A DNA stretch of 64,000 nucleotides from a bacterium (GTDB lineage Bacteria > Patescibacteriota > SICC01): contig JAUYKS010000002.1 in assembly GCA_030699935.1 (NCBI GenBank), forward strand, positions 81-64,080. The letters run 5' to 3'. Positions 8,490 to 17,315 of this stretch are shown here, one piece after another. The notes beneath the pieces are model-generated. The model made no database searches and was not told the origin of the DNA. It saw nothing but the letters and a program-made list of their open reading frames with translations. The translations under genes and the position numbers were made by a program. Numbering within the stretch: the first letter of the stretch is position 1; every line of letters starts with the position of its first letter.

Positions 8490-8846
8490 ATGTTGGCCAA
8501 ACCGAACCGGCTCCGGACCAGCGCGGAGTTCGATCGTGTGTTCAGCGCCGGCCGCACGGCCCATGGCAAGCTCCTGTCCGTGCGGGTCGCCGACGCTACC
8601 GAAGCTGGCAAGAGCGCTCGATTCAAGGCGGGATTCAGCATCGGCAAGACGGTCAGCCTGAAGGCGGTCGTCCGCAATCGCATCCGGCGCCGGCTCCGCG
8701 AGATCGTCCGGAGTCTCGGGCAAGACAATGCGTTCAACGCGGTCGAACTCGTCGTCTCGGCGAAGCGCCCGGCCGCGGCCGCCGACTCGACCCAGCTCCG
8801 CGAGGAACTGGAACGGCTGCTCAAGAAGACGGAGGCCGTCCGATGA
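8490..8846 (+). CDS. rnpA: Ribonuclease P protein component
   Basis: [32 protein letters not shown]; synteny. An alternative start lies at 8472. Confidence 0.93.
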   Translation: MLAKPNRLRTSAEFDRVFSAGRTAHGKLLSVRVADATEAGKSARFKAGFSIGKTVSLKAVVRNRIRRRLREIVRSLGQDNAFNAVELVVSAKRPAAAADSTQLREELERLLKKTEAVR

Positions 8847-9088
8847 AGCGTCTCGCGATCGGCCTGATCACCGTTTATCAGAAGACGCTGTCTCCCGACC
8901 ACGGGATGCGAATATTGTCGATGGGCAGGAATCCCTACGGCACCTGCCGGTTCCACCCGACCTGCTCGGCCTATGCCAAGGAGGCGATCGAGCGGCACGG
9001 GCTCGGCCAAGGTATCAAACTCGCAACTAAGCGGATTTCCCGCTGCCATCCGAACGCGGCCGGCGGCTTCGATCCGGTACGAAGGTAA
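8843..9088 (+). CDS. yidD: Membrane protein insertion efficiency factor YidD
   Basis: YQKTLSP...[11 protein letters not shown]...RISRCHP...GGFDPV. Confidence 0.95.
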   Translation: MKRLAIGLITVYQKTLSPDHGMRILSMGRNPYGTCRFHPTCSAYAKEAIERHGLGQGIKLATKRISRCHPNAAGGFDPVRR

Positions 9089-9100
9089 TAGGAGGCATCC

Positions 9101-9934
9101 ATGGAAATTCTCAAGACGATCTTTTTTGACCCGATCTTCAACGCGCTGATCGCGCTGTACAATGTCACCGGCGACTTCGGCATCGCGATCATCCTGGTGA
9201 CGCTGCTGGTGCGGGTTGCCGTCGGGCCGTTCTCGGCCAAGGCGTTCAAGGCGCAGCGGCGGATGCAGGCGCTCCAGCCGGAGCTCAAGAAACTCCAGGA
9301 GAAGCACAAGGACGACCGCGAGGCCCTGGCCAAGGAGATGATGACGTTCTACAAACAGGAGGGCATCAACCCGGCCTCGTCCTGCCTCCCGACGCTGGTC
9401 CAGATCCCGTTCCTGATCGTGCTCTTTTTCTCGATTAAGGACATCATCGCCGGCAAGGCGTTCGACCATCTCTACTCGTTCGTGGCGAATCCCGGGACGG
9501 TCGACCCGAGCTTCCTCGGATTGCTGGATCTCTCGACGATCGGTCTCGAGCCGTCGAACATCATCCTCGGCGTGGCTACCGCGCTCGTGATGTTCTGGCA
9601 ATCGAGGATGCTGACGCCGAAGGGCGTCGACATGCCCGGCATGAGCCGCAACATGATGTTGTTGTTCCCGGTGTTGACCCTGGTCTTCTCGGTGACGCTG
9701 CCGGCAGCCCTGCCGCTCTACTGGGCCAGCTCCACGGCCTTCACGATCGCTCAGCAGTACTACATCATCCAGCGGATGCCGTTGGCGACGGCCAAGGCGG
9801 AGGCGAGGCAGGACTGGAACGTGATCAACCCGGAGGACCCGGTCGACGGTAACGGGAAGTCGGCCGCGAAGCCGGGCAAACAAAAGGCGATCAAGGGTGC
9901 CACGGTGACCGTCCGGAAACGGAGTGGCAAGTGA
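9101..9934 (+). CDS. yidC: YidC/Oxa1 membrane insertase (short, Gram-positive type)
   Basis: GIAIILVTLLVR, MQALQPEL, GINPASSCLP, LPLYW. Confidence 0.95.
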   Translation: MEILKTIFFDPIFNALIALYNVTGDFGIAIILVTLLVRVAVGPFSAKAFKAQRRMQALQPELKKLQEKHKDDREALAKEMMTFYKQEGINPASSCLPTLVQIPFLIVLFFSIKDIIAGKAFDHLYSFVANPGTVDPSFLGLLDLSTIGLEPSNIILGVATALVMFWQSRMLTPKGVDMPGMSRNMMLLFPVLTLVFSVTLPAALPLYWASSTAFTIAQQYYIIQRMPLATAKAEARQDWNVINPEDPVDGNGKSAAKPGKQKAIKGATVTVRKRSGK

Positions 9935-10404
9935 CGGACGGGACTGACGCCGCAACGGACGCCAAGACCCTGACCCAGCCGCGGGAGATCCTGGCGGAGA
10001 TGTTGGCCAAGATGGGCATCGACGCCACGGTCGAGCAGCGCGAGGACGATCCGCCGCTGCTGGAGATCGGTTCCGAGGATCCGGGCTCACTGATCGGGCA
10101 TAAGGGCGAGATCGTCCGCTCGCTCCAGCACGTCCTGCGCGTGATGACGGCCCGGGCCGGCGGCTCGCCGACGGCGATCGTCGACGTGGACGGCTACCGC
10201 AGCCGCCAGCAGTCGCAGCTCAAGGAAACCGCCAAAGAGAAGGCCGAAGAAGTGAAGAAGACAGGGCGCCTGGCGGTGCTCCCGCCGATGACGTCCTACG
10301 AGCGGCGGCTGGTGCACGTGGAGCTGCGCGACGACCCCGACGTGACCACCGAGTCGATCGGCGAGGGCGGCGGCCGGCGCGTGATGATCAAGAAGCCGGA
10401 GTAG
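9931..10404 (+). CDS. jag: Jag/KhpB RNA-binding protein (KH plus R3H domains)
   Basis: LIGHKGE..RSLQ, VDVDGYR, LPPMTSYERRLVH, ESIGEG..RRV. Confidence 0.9.
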   Translation: MTDGTDAATDAKTLTQPREILAEMLAKMGIDATVEQREDDPPLLEIGSEDPGSLIGHKGEIVRSLQHVLRVMTARAGGSPTAIVDVDGYRSRQQSQLKETAKEKAEEVKKTGRLAVLPPMTSYERRLVHVELRDDPDVTTESIGEGGGRRVMIKKPE

Positions 10405-10427
10405 CGGTTCGCGGCGGAACGGGTGCC

Positions 10428-10531
10428 CGGGCTTCTGCGGGGGACTCCGTACACCTTTTTCGTTACTTCCAAACATCTGCAATCTTTTGCAGATGTTTTG
10501 CAGATTCTCGGAAGTAACGAAAAAGAGGTAT
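10428..10531. repeat. AT-rich long imperfect palindrome, copy 1
   Basis: CTTTTTCGTTACTTCC...GGAAGTAACGAAAAAG arms enclosing AAACATCTGCAA-TCTT-TTGCAGATGTTT; near-identical to 41348-41452. Confidence 0.92.
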
Positions 10532-10583
10532 GCCGAACCTCTACAATGGACGCATATGAGGACTGAGCGAGCATGAAACGAGC

Positions 10584-11981
10584 ATGAAAACGTTCTGGCG
10601 GAAACTCGGAGCGAACCGGCCCGAGCGCTTGGTCCGGGCGCTGCTACTGCTCGTCGTATTCCTGCTGCCGATCGGCAGCGTGCTGATCCTTTCCGAAGCG
10701 CGATCCGAGGTCGCCGGCGCGCGGAACAGTTTCGCGGTGCCGGTGCTATACGCGATCGAGCTCCTGATCGTGGCGGCGGCGCTGCTTTGGGCGCGGCTCC
10801 GGCCGCGGGCGGACGGGTCGGGCGAGGGCCCCAGCGAGAGCTCGAACGGAACGGCCGGACTCTATATGCCGCTGCTCGGCCTGATCGGTCTGGCTGCCGC
10901 CGCGACCCTCTGGGCACCCTGGCCGTTCTTGGCCGGCATCGGGTTGGTCCATCTCTTCGTGGCATTCCTCTTCGTGTACGTCCTGGCGCACGAGTTCCGT
11001 GACCGCGCGTTCTTTGAGAAGGTGCTTTGGACGCTGACCGCCGGCGCGGCGATCCAAGCCGTCTGGGGTATCGGGCAGTTCCTGATGCAGCGGGACTTCG
11101 GGCTTTGGTGGCTCGGCGAAAGCGACATCGCGCCGGGGCGCGCCGGCGTAGCGAAGCTCGTCGCGGACGGGGACACGTACGTCCGGGCGTACGGCAGCCT
11201 GCCGCACCCCAACCTGCTCGCAGCCTATCTTTCGGCGGCGGCGTTCTGGGTCGGCACGGTCGTGTTCTGGAAGGACGGCCGGTCGCGGCTAACCAAACTG
11301 GGTTACGTCCTGCTGCTCGGGCTGCTCGGGGCGGGCCTCCTGGTGACGTTCTCAAGGGTCGCGATCGTCGCCACGCTGGTTGGCGGCGCCTTAGTCGCCC
11401 TGTTCTCCTGGCGCCGCTGGAAGCGACTTCCTTGGCCGGCCGCCATGGGCGCGCTGGTCACCCTCGTAGTCGCCTTGGCCCTGACGCCGTACTGGCAAGG
11501 GCGGACTGTCGTGGAGTCGGCCCGCGAGACCGGCGTGTCCAACCGGACGGTCGGGTACGGCCAGGCCGCCAAGATCATCGCCGACCAGCCGCTCGGCGTC
11601 GGGGCGGGGAACTTCGTGCTGGCGGCCCGGTCGCTCGACCCTGGCCGCCCGGCTTACCAATACCAACCGGTGCACGCCGTCCCGCTGCTCGTGCTGACCG
11701 AGCTCGGCGTCCTCGGCGGCGCGATGCTGCTTTGGTTCGCGGTCCGGCTCGGCCGCCGCTTCCACGACGGTACTCGTCTTGGCGCCTCGCGCGACCGGCG
11801 CCAACGCTCGATTGAGTTCACGCTGTTCACGCTCACCGGAGTCTTCACGCTGATCTCGCTCACCGACCACTTCTTCTGGAGCCTGTCGCAAGGGATGCTC
11901 CTAGGCGGTGTGTTGGTCGCGGCGCTGATCGCGACGGCCAGTGCGGACCGACGGCCCGCCCGGACCCGGCGTCGTTCCTGA
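10584..11981 (+). CDS. O-antigen ligase-like (Wzy_C) membrane protein
   Basis: Polytopic; RAYGSLPHPNLLAAYL, TFSR, PLGVGAGNF, PVHAVPLLVLTELG. Confidence 0.85.
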   Translation: MKTFWRKLGANRPERLVRALLLLVVFLLPIGSVLILSEARSEVAGARNSFAVPVLYAIELLIVAAALLWARLRPRADGSGEGPSESSNGTAGLYMPLLGLIGLAAAATLWAPWPFLAGIGLVHLFVAFLFVYVLAHEFRDRAFFEKVLWTLTAGAAIQAVWGIGQFLMQRDFGLWWLGESDIAPGRAGVAKLVADGDTYVRAYGSLPHPNLLAAYLSAAAFWVGTVVFWKDGRSRLTKLGYVLLLGLLGAGLLVTFSRVAIVATLVGGALVALFSWRRWKRLPWPAAMGALVTLVVALALTPYWQGRTVVESARETGVSNRTVGYGQAAKIIADQPLGVGAGNFVLAARSLDPGRPAYQYQPVHAVPLLVLTELGVLGGAMLLWFAVRLGRRFHDGTRLGASRDRRQRSIEFTLFTLTGVFTLISLTDHFFWSLSQGMLLGGVLVAALIATASADRRPARTRRRS

Positions 11982-11997
11982 CTGCTACGATAGGGTC

Positions 11998-12651
11998 ATG
12001 GCTAAACGGAAGTTCGACGTGCAAGTCACCGGCGAGGGGCACTACGGCGCCGCGTACGATACGTTCCAGCGGTTCAGCTCGTACTTCTATCAGATCGATT
12101 TCACCCGGGCCGCGAACCCGAAGACGGTCCTCGAGATCGGCATCGGCAACGGCCTGGTGGCGGACTATCTGAAGCGCGCGGGCTACAAAGTCACGACCTG
12201 CGACTTCGACAAGCGCCTGAAGCCGGACGTCGTCGCGGACATCCGCGACCTCAACGCGATCAAGCGCAGCAGCCACGACGTGGTCATCGCCTGCGAGATC
12301 CTCGAGCACATCCCGTTCGACGACGTGCCGCAGGCGCTGGCGGAACTGGCACGCGTCGCCAAAAAGCGGGTGGTCATCTCGGTGCCGCACTCCTCGTTCA
12401 CGTTCGAGCTGATCGGCGCGGTATCCAAGACGTACGGACCGGGCAAGACGATCCGGCTGCCGATCCGGATTCCGCAGTTCCTGGCCGGCGACGTGCACCG
12501 GCGCAACCCCGAACACTATTGGGAGCTGGGCCGGCGCGGGTACTCGGTGCGGAAGTTCAAGAAGCTGCTCCGGAAGCATTTCAAGCACGTCGCGAAGGAC
12601 TTCCACCCCCACCTCAATCCGTACCACCGACTCTTCATCCTCGAGGTCTGA
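11998..12651 (+). CDS. Class I SAM-dependent methyltransferase
   Basis: VLEIGIGNG, CEILEHIP; ATG 11998 follows TACGAT. Confidence 0.88.
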   Translation: MAKRKFDVQVTGEGHYGAAYDTFQRFSSYFYQIDFTRAANPKTVLEIGIGNGLVADYLKRAGYKVTTCDFDKRLKPDVVADIRDLNAIKRSSHDVVIACEILEHIPFDDVPQALAELARVAKKRVVISVPHSSFTFELIGAVSKTYGPGKTIRLPIRIPQFLAGDVHRRNPEHYWELGRRGYSVRKFKKLLRKHFKHVAKDFHPHLNPYHRLFILEV

Positions 12652-14093
12652 TGGCAAAGCCCGCGTCGACTAAACCCGCCTCCGCCACCAAGCGCATCGC
12701 TTACAACACGGCCGTCCAGACCGCCGGCCGCGTCGTGGTGATGTTCCTCGGCCTGGCCTCGGTCGCGATCCTCACCCGCTACCTCGGCGCCGACGGATAC
12801 GGAAAGTTCACTCTGGCCCTGGTCTACCTGTCGTTCTTCGGCATCGCCGCGGACATGGGCCTGTTCACGATCGCCGTCCGCGAGATGAGCCGTGACGAAT
12901 CGCGAATGCAGGAGATCGTCTCGAACACGCTGGCGCTGCGGGCCCTGCTGGCCGTGGTCGTGTTCAGCGCCGCCTTTGGCATCGGCTGGCTGCTGCCGTA
13001 CACGCCGGACGTGAAGATCGCGATCGGCATCGCGGCCGGGGCGCAATTCTTCGGGCTGCTCAACTCGGCGCTAATCTCGCTGTTCCAGACCAAGCTGATC
13101 ATGGGGCGTTCCGTGGTGGCCGACCTTGTCGGACGGACCTTCGCGCTGGGCGCGGTGATCGCGGTCGCGGCGATGAACCTCGGCTTCTACGCCGTCGTCG
13201 GCACGGCGGTGATCGGCTCGTTCGTGACCTTCCTGGTCTCCAGCCTGATGATCCGGAAGTTCGTGGCGTTCAAACTGGCCTTCGACGTCGGGCTTTGGAA
13301 AAAACTACTGAAGGCGTCGATCCCGTACGGTGCCGCCCTGGTGATCCTCCACCTCTACCTGCGCTCCGGCATCTTCATGTTGTCGCTGATGCGTACGACC
13401 GCCGAGGTCGGGATCTACGGCGCGGTCTTCAAGGTCTACGAATTGGTGATGGCAGTGCCCGGCTTCTTCAACAACTCGGTCTTCCCGGTATTAGTGCGGC
13501 GGCTCAAGAAAGGGACGGCCGACGCCAACGCCATGGTCCAGAAAGTATTCGACGCCCTGGTGGCGGGCGGGGCCGGGGTGGCGGCCGGCGGTATCGTGCT
13601 GGCACCGCAGATCATGCAGATCGTCGGCGGCCAGGAATTCGCGTCCGGCGCGGGCGCCCTGCAGATCGTCCTAGTGGCGATCCTGCTCTCGTTCGCGATC
13701 TTCACGTTCAGCACCATCTTCGTCGCGATGGGTCACCAATCGATGGTGCTCAAGGTCGCCAGCCTCGGCCTTGTCCTGAACGTGGCGCTCAACCTGGCGC
13801 TGATCCCGCGCTATGGCATCGAGGGTTCGGCGATGGCCACGGTCATTTCCGAAGCGATCGTCTTCATCAGCTACTACTGGCAAGCGCGGCGCAAGCTCGG
13901 GATCCGGGTGTCGCTGCGGATGGTGCCGCGGATCTTCCTGGCCGCCGCGATCATGGCGGCGGCGATCCTGCCGCTCAAGGGCGCGATCTGGCTGGCGGTG
14001 CCGGCCGGCGCGGCGCTGTACGGCTTGCTGCTACTGACGTTCCGGGTGGTGACCAAGGACGTCCTCGCAGAGCTGAGGCCCTCGCGGAGTTGA
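12651..14093 (+). CDS. wzx: Wzx-type polysaccharide flippase
   Basis: LTRYLGADGYG, DMGL, VGIYGA, LNLALIPRYGIEGSAMAT; start coupled to the upstream stop (TGATG). Confidence 0.88.
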   Translation: MAKPASTKPASATKRIAYNTAVQTAGRVVVMFLGLASVAILTRYLGADGYGKFTLALVYLSFFGIAADMGLFTIAVREMSRDESRMQEIVSNTLALRALLAVVVFSAAFGIGWLLPYTPDVKIAIGIAAGAQFFGLLNSALISLFQTKLIMGRSVVADLVGRTFALGAVIAVAAMNLGFYAVVGTAVIGSFVTFLVSSLMIRKFVAFKLAFDVGLWKKLLKASIPYGAALVILHLYLRSGIFMLSLMRTTAEVGIYGAVFKVYELVMAVPGFFNNSVFPVLVRRLKKGTADANAMVQKVFDALVAGGAGVAAGGIVLAPQIMQIVGGQEFASGAGALQIVLVAILLSFAIFTFSTIFVAMGHQSMVLKVASLGLVLNVALNLALIPRYGIEGSAMATVISEAIVFISYYWQARRKLGIRVSLRMVPRIFLAAAIMAAAILPLKGAIWLAVPAGAALYGLLLLTFRVVTKDVLAELRPSRS

Positions 14094-14114
14094 GATGACC
14101 GACGTGCAACCGAA

Positions 14115-15212
14115 ATGAAAGTCCTCTTCCAATTGATGCCGAAAAAGGAACTTCGCGTCGGCGGCGGGTCGGTCCGGATGCAGGAGATCGCCAAGGAGCT
14201 GCGGCGGGCGGGCGTGACGGTGGACGTCACCGAAAAGGAAGCGCCGCCGCTGGCCAAGTACGACCTTCTCCACTTTTGGGACTACGACGAGGTGACGACG
14301 TACCGGCAGGCGGCCCGGGCGCGGAAGGCGGGCGTCCCGTACGTCGTTTCTCCGATCGCGATCAACACCGACCTGTTCGGGATGCTGCACGAGGCAAACG
14401 CGGCTTGGCGGATGCTGGCCCGGACGGTCGGGCATAGCGCCGCCCTGGCGCTGTTCGCCCGATGGACCGACCGGCGGGTCCGGAACAACCCGGTCTGGCA
14501 GCGCACCCATGAGTTGCTGGACCGTGCGGCGATGCTGCTGCCGACCTCGGAAAAGGAAGAGCGCTTCATCCGCCGCCGGTACCGGACCGAAGCTCCGATC
14601 CAGGTGACGCCGAACGGCATCCCGAAGGAGTACTTCGCCAAGGCCCGGCCGGACCGGTTCAAGCGGAAGCACGGCCTGGCCGACGTACGGTTCGTCCTGA
14701 ACGCGGCGCGGACCGAGGTGCTCAAGAACCAACTCGGCCTCGTGCAAGCGATAGTCGGCACCGGCCTGACGCTGGCAGTGGCCGGGCCGATTACCGGCTA
14801 CGGCAAGGCGTACTGGGACCGTTGCGCCGCGGAGGCCAAGCGGCTCGGCGTACCGCTCAAGCACGTCGGCAACCTCTCGACGCAGGAACTGCGCGACGCT
14901 TACGCAGCCGCGGAAGCCCACGTCCTCTGCAGCTGGTACGAGACGACCGGCCAGGTCAGCCTCCAAGCCGCCGCGACCGGCTGCCCGATCGTGCAGACCG
15001 AGCAGAGTCCGCACAGGGAATACTTCGGCGATTTGGCCGAGACCTGCCGGCCGGAAAGTCCCCGTGACATCCGGCGCGCGATTCTCCGCGCGGTGACGAT
15101 GCCCGCCTCCCGCCGCCGGGCGCTGCAGCGCCGGATGCGGCGGTATACCTGGGAGTGGTCGGCGAAGGAGACGCTGAAGGGATACCGGTCGGTCCTGCGC
15201 AAGAGACGCTGA
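14115..15212 (+). CDS. Glycosyltransferase family 4
   Basis: TPNGI, KNQ, SWYETTGQVSLQAAATGCP, YTWE. Confidence 0.85.
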   Translation: MKVLFQLMPKKELRVGGGSVRMQEIAKELRRAGVTVDVTEKEAPPLAKYDLLHFWDYDEVTTYRQAARARKAGVPYVVSPIAINTDLFGMLHEANAAWRMLARTVGHSAALALFARWTDRRVRNNPVWQRTHELLDRAAMLLPTSEKEERFIRRRYRTEAPIQVTPNGIPKEYFAKARPDRFKRKHGLADVRFVLNAARTEVLKNQLGLVQAIVGTGLTLAVAGPITGYGKAYWDRCAAEAKRLGVPLKHVGNLSTQELRDAYAAAEAHVLCSWYETTGQVSLQAAATGCPIVQTEQSPHREYFGDLAETCRPESPRDIRRAILRAVTMPASRRRALQRRMRRYTWEWSAKETLKGYRSVLRKRR

Positions 15213-15233
15213 CAATCTGTCATAATCCAAAGC

Positions 15234-15599
15234 ATGTTGGTATTAGTGCTGGTTAGTGCCTTGGCCGCGTTTACCCTCGTGGCCGCGCAGCTTCTCTGGA
15301 AGCAAGCGGTGACGGCGGCGGGCATCAGCATGCAATCCATTACGGTTCAGAAAGTCCTGACGCTAGTGTTCTCGCCACGTGTCCTGGGCGGCGCTGCTCT
15401 CTACGCCAGCGCGGCGGGATTGTACTTGTATCTGCTTGCCAAGTACGAATATCACATCGTCCAAGCGGTGTTCGTCTCGCTGGCGCTGGTGTTGGCATTC
15501 CTGGCATCCGCGGTGTTCCTCAGGGAGCGGATTACGGGCATCAGCCTCCTGGGGCTGGCCTTCTTGCTGGTCGGAATCATATTGATCATGCACAAATGA
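15234..15599 (+). CDS. Small 4-TM EamA/SMR-like transporter (ArnE/F-like lipid-sugar flippase candidate)
   Basis: Four hydrophobic segments, AQLLWK, FLRERIT..LLG. Confidence 0.65.
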   Translation: MLVLVLVSALAAFTLVAAQLLWKQAVTAAGISMQSITVQKVLTLVFSPRVLGGAALYASAAGLYLYLLAKYEYHIVQAVFVSLALVLAFLASAVFLRERITGISLLGLAFLLVGIILIMHK

Positions 15600-16288
15600 G
15601 TTACGAAGATACATACGTCATCGTTCCCGCTTACAACGAAGCATCCGTTCTCGGCGGAGTCATCAAGGAGCTCCGGGAGTCCTTCCCGAACGTCGTGGCC
15701 GTGGACGATGGCAGTACGGACCGTACGGCAGCCGTTGTGCGGCGCTCCGGTGCGACACTCGTCCGCCACCCTTTGAATCTCGGGCAAGGCGCGGCGATTC
15801 AGACCGGAATTGAATACGCCCTCAAGAGTTCTGATGCACGTTACTTTGTCACGTTCGATGCGGACGGCCAGCATAAGCCGGAAGACGCTAAACGGATGGT
15901 CGACGAGCTCAGGCGCGACCTGGAACTGGATATCGTACTCGGATCGCGTTTCATCGGCACGACCGAAGGCATGGGGCATGTCAAGAAAGCCCTACTGAAG
16001 GGCGCGGTCCTCTTTAACCGCGTCATCACCGGGATCCGGTTGTCCGACGCGCACAACGGCCTGCGGGCCATGCGCCGGCGTTTTGCCTCGGAACTGGACA
16101 TGGAACAGGCCGACATGAGCCATGCTTCGGAACTGGTCGAGGTGATATCGCAGCAAGGTGCCCGCTACAAGGAAATGCCGGTGACCATCCGTTACACCGA
16201 CTACTCCAAGCGCAAAGGACAGTCCGTATTCAACTCACTCAACATCGCCTTCGACCTGATTCTGGCAAAACTTTCGGGCAAACCATGA
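15596..16288 (+). CDS. GT2 polyprenol-phosphate glycosyltransferase (DPM1-like)
   Basis: VIVPAYNE, VDDGSTD, NLGQGAA, TFDADGQH, SDAHNGLRA. Confidence 0.9.
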   Translation: MSYEDTYVIVPAYNEASVLGGVIKELRESFPNVVAVDDGSTDRTAAVVRRSGATLVRHPLNLGQGAAIQTGIEYALKSSDARYFVTFDADGQHKPEDAKRMVDELRRDLELDIVLGSRFIGTTEGMGHVKKALLKGAVLFNRVITGIRLSDAHNGLRAMRRRFASELDMEQADMSHASELVEVISQQGARYKEMPVTIRYTDYSKRKGQSVFNSLNIAFDLILAKLSGKP

Positions 16289-16635
16289 TCATCCAACCCC
16301 TGCTTATCGCCGGCCTGCTGCTTGTGTTCATATGGTTCTTACGGAACCGCAACCAGGCCCGGACCCGGGCCGGCAAGAAGCTCGCATTCGCCCTGCTGGT
16401 CCTGGCCGGGGTGATCGCCGTGCTCTACCCGGATGTCATGAACACGCTGGCCGGCTGGGTCGGAGTCGGGCGCGGCGCCGACCTGCTCTTCTATGCGCTC
16501 ACGCTGGCGTTCATCTTCGTGACGCTGAACATCTACCTGAAGTTCCAGGACCATGATCGCCGCCTGACCGAGATTGTGCGAGAAGTGGCGATCAAGGAAG
16601 CCGAGCCGCCGCGGAAAAAGCAGCGACGGCGATGA
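16285..16635 (+). CDS. DUF2304 family membrane protein
   Basis: LAGWVGVGRGADLLFY, LTEIVREVA; typical partner of the upstream GT2. Confidence 0.85.
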   Translation: MIIQPLLIAGLLLVFIWFLRNRNQARTRAGKKLAFALLVLAGVIAVLYPDVMNTLAGWVGVGRGADLLFYALTLAFIFVTLNIYLKFQDHDRRLTEIVREVAIKEAEPPRKKQRRR

Positions 16636-17315
16636 AAATCGATAAGGCTTCCCAAAAGGGGTACTGGGAAGCGAACAAAAACCAGCGCCCCTACGATCAC
16701 CCGATCGTCCGGTTCTTCGCGAAGCAACGGATCGGGTATCTGAAGCGCTACCTGGATTTCAGGAAGATTGGGTCGGCATTCGACGTCGGTTGTGGCGACG
16801 GCTTCTCTACTTATTACATGGGGCAGGAAATCAAAAAAGTAGAAGGAGGCGACATCTCAGAACATATGCTCGATAACAATCCGGTCGATCGAAAGAAGCT
16901 TAGGGTGATCGACGCCGAAAAGCTAGACCTTCCCGACGACTCGTACGATCTGGTCTACACCTGGGAAGTGCTCCACCACTTGCCGCATCCGGAAAAGGCG
17001 GTGGCGGAGATGGCGCGAGTCGCCAAGCGCCACGTCGTCATCTACGAGCCGAACCGTGCGAATGTGCTCCAGATCCTGTGGGGGCTGAGCCAGCCGCAGG
17101 AGCGGGGCACCCTTCGCAGTTCCAAGAAATATTTGACGGGACTCTGCCGGCAAGCTGGCCTCACGGTCGTCCGGGCCGACTATTGCGGGCGCATCCTGCC
17201 GAACATGACCCCCCGGTTCGCCTTTCGGTTCCTGAAACATCTGCCGTTCAAGGCCGGCCGGTTCACGGGAATCTCAATCGCCGTGATAGCCGAGAAGCCC
17301 AGTGTCCAAAGCTAA
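16632..17315 (+). CDS. Class I SAM-dependent methyltransferase
   Basis: FDVGCGDG, DAEKLDLPDDSYDLV, VLHHL, EMARV. Confidence 0.88.
   Translation: MKIDKASQKGYWEANKNQRPYDHPIVRFFAKQRIGYLKRYLDFRKIGSAFDVGCGDGFSTYYMGQEIKKVEGGDISEHMLDNNPVDRKKLRVIDAEKLDLPDDSYDLVYTWEVLHHLPHPEKAVAEMARVAKRHVVIYEPNRANVLQILWGLSQPQERGTLRSSKKYLTGLCRQAGLTVVRADYCGRILPNMTPRFAFRFLKHLPFKAGRFTGISIAVIAEKPSVQS

Noticed and set aside
10428-10531. Palindromic repeat considered as a CRISPR repeat or integron attC site
   Set aside because: Only two copies 31 kb apart, no spacers, no cas or integrase gene, and no RYYYAAC/GTTRRRY ends.
10426-10574. Similar short ORFs (SLLPRICK..AKDCRCLEVTKKVYG) at 10296-10574 and 41316-41710
   Set aside because: These are translations of the non-coding palindromic repeat; the frames differ outside the repeat and there is no coding signal.
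10569-10592. Tandem GAGCATGAAAC duplication at the start of the ligase-like gene
   Set aside because: Only two short units; most simply a local slippage giving an out-of-frame upstream ATG, with no evidence of a phase-variable tract.
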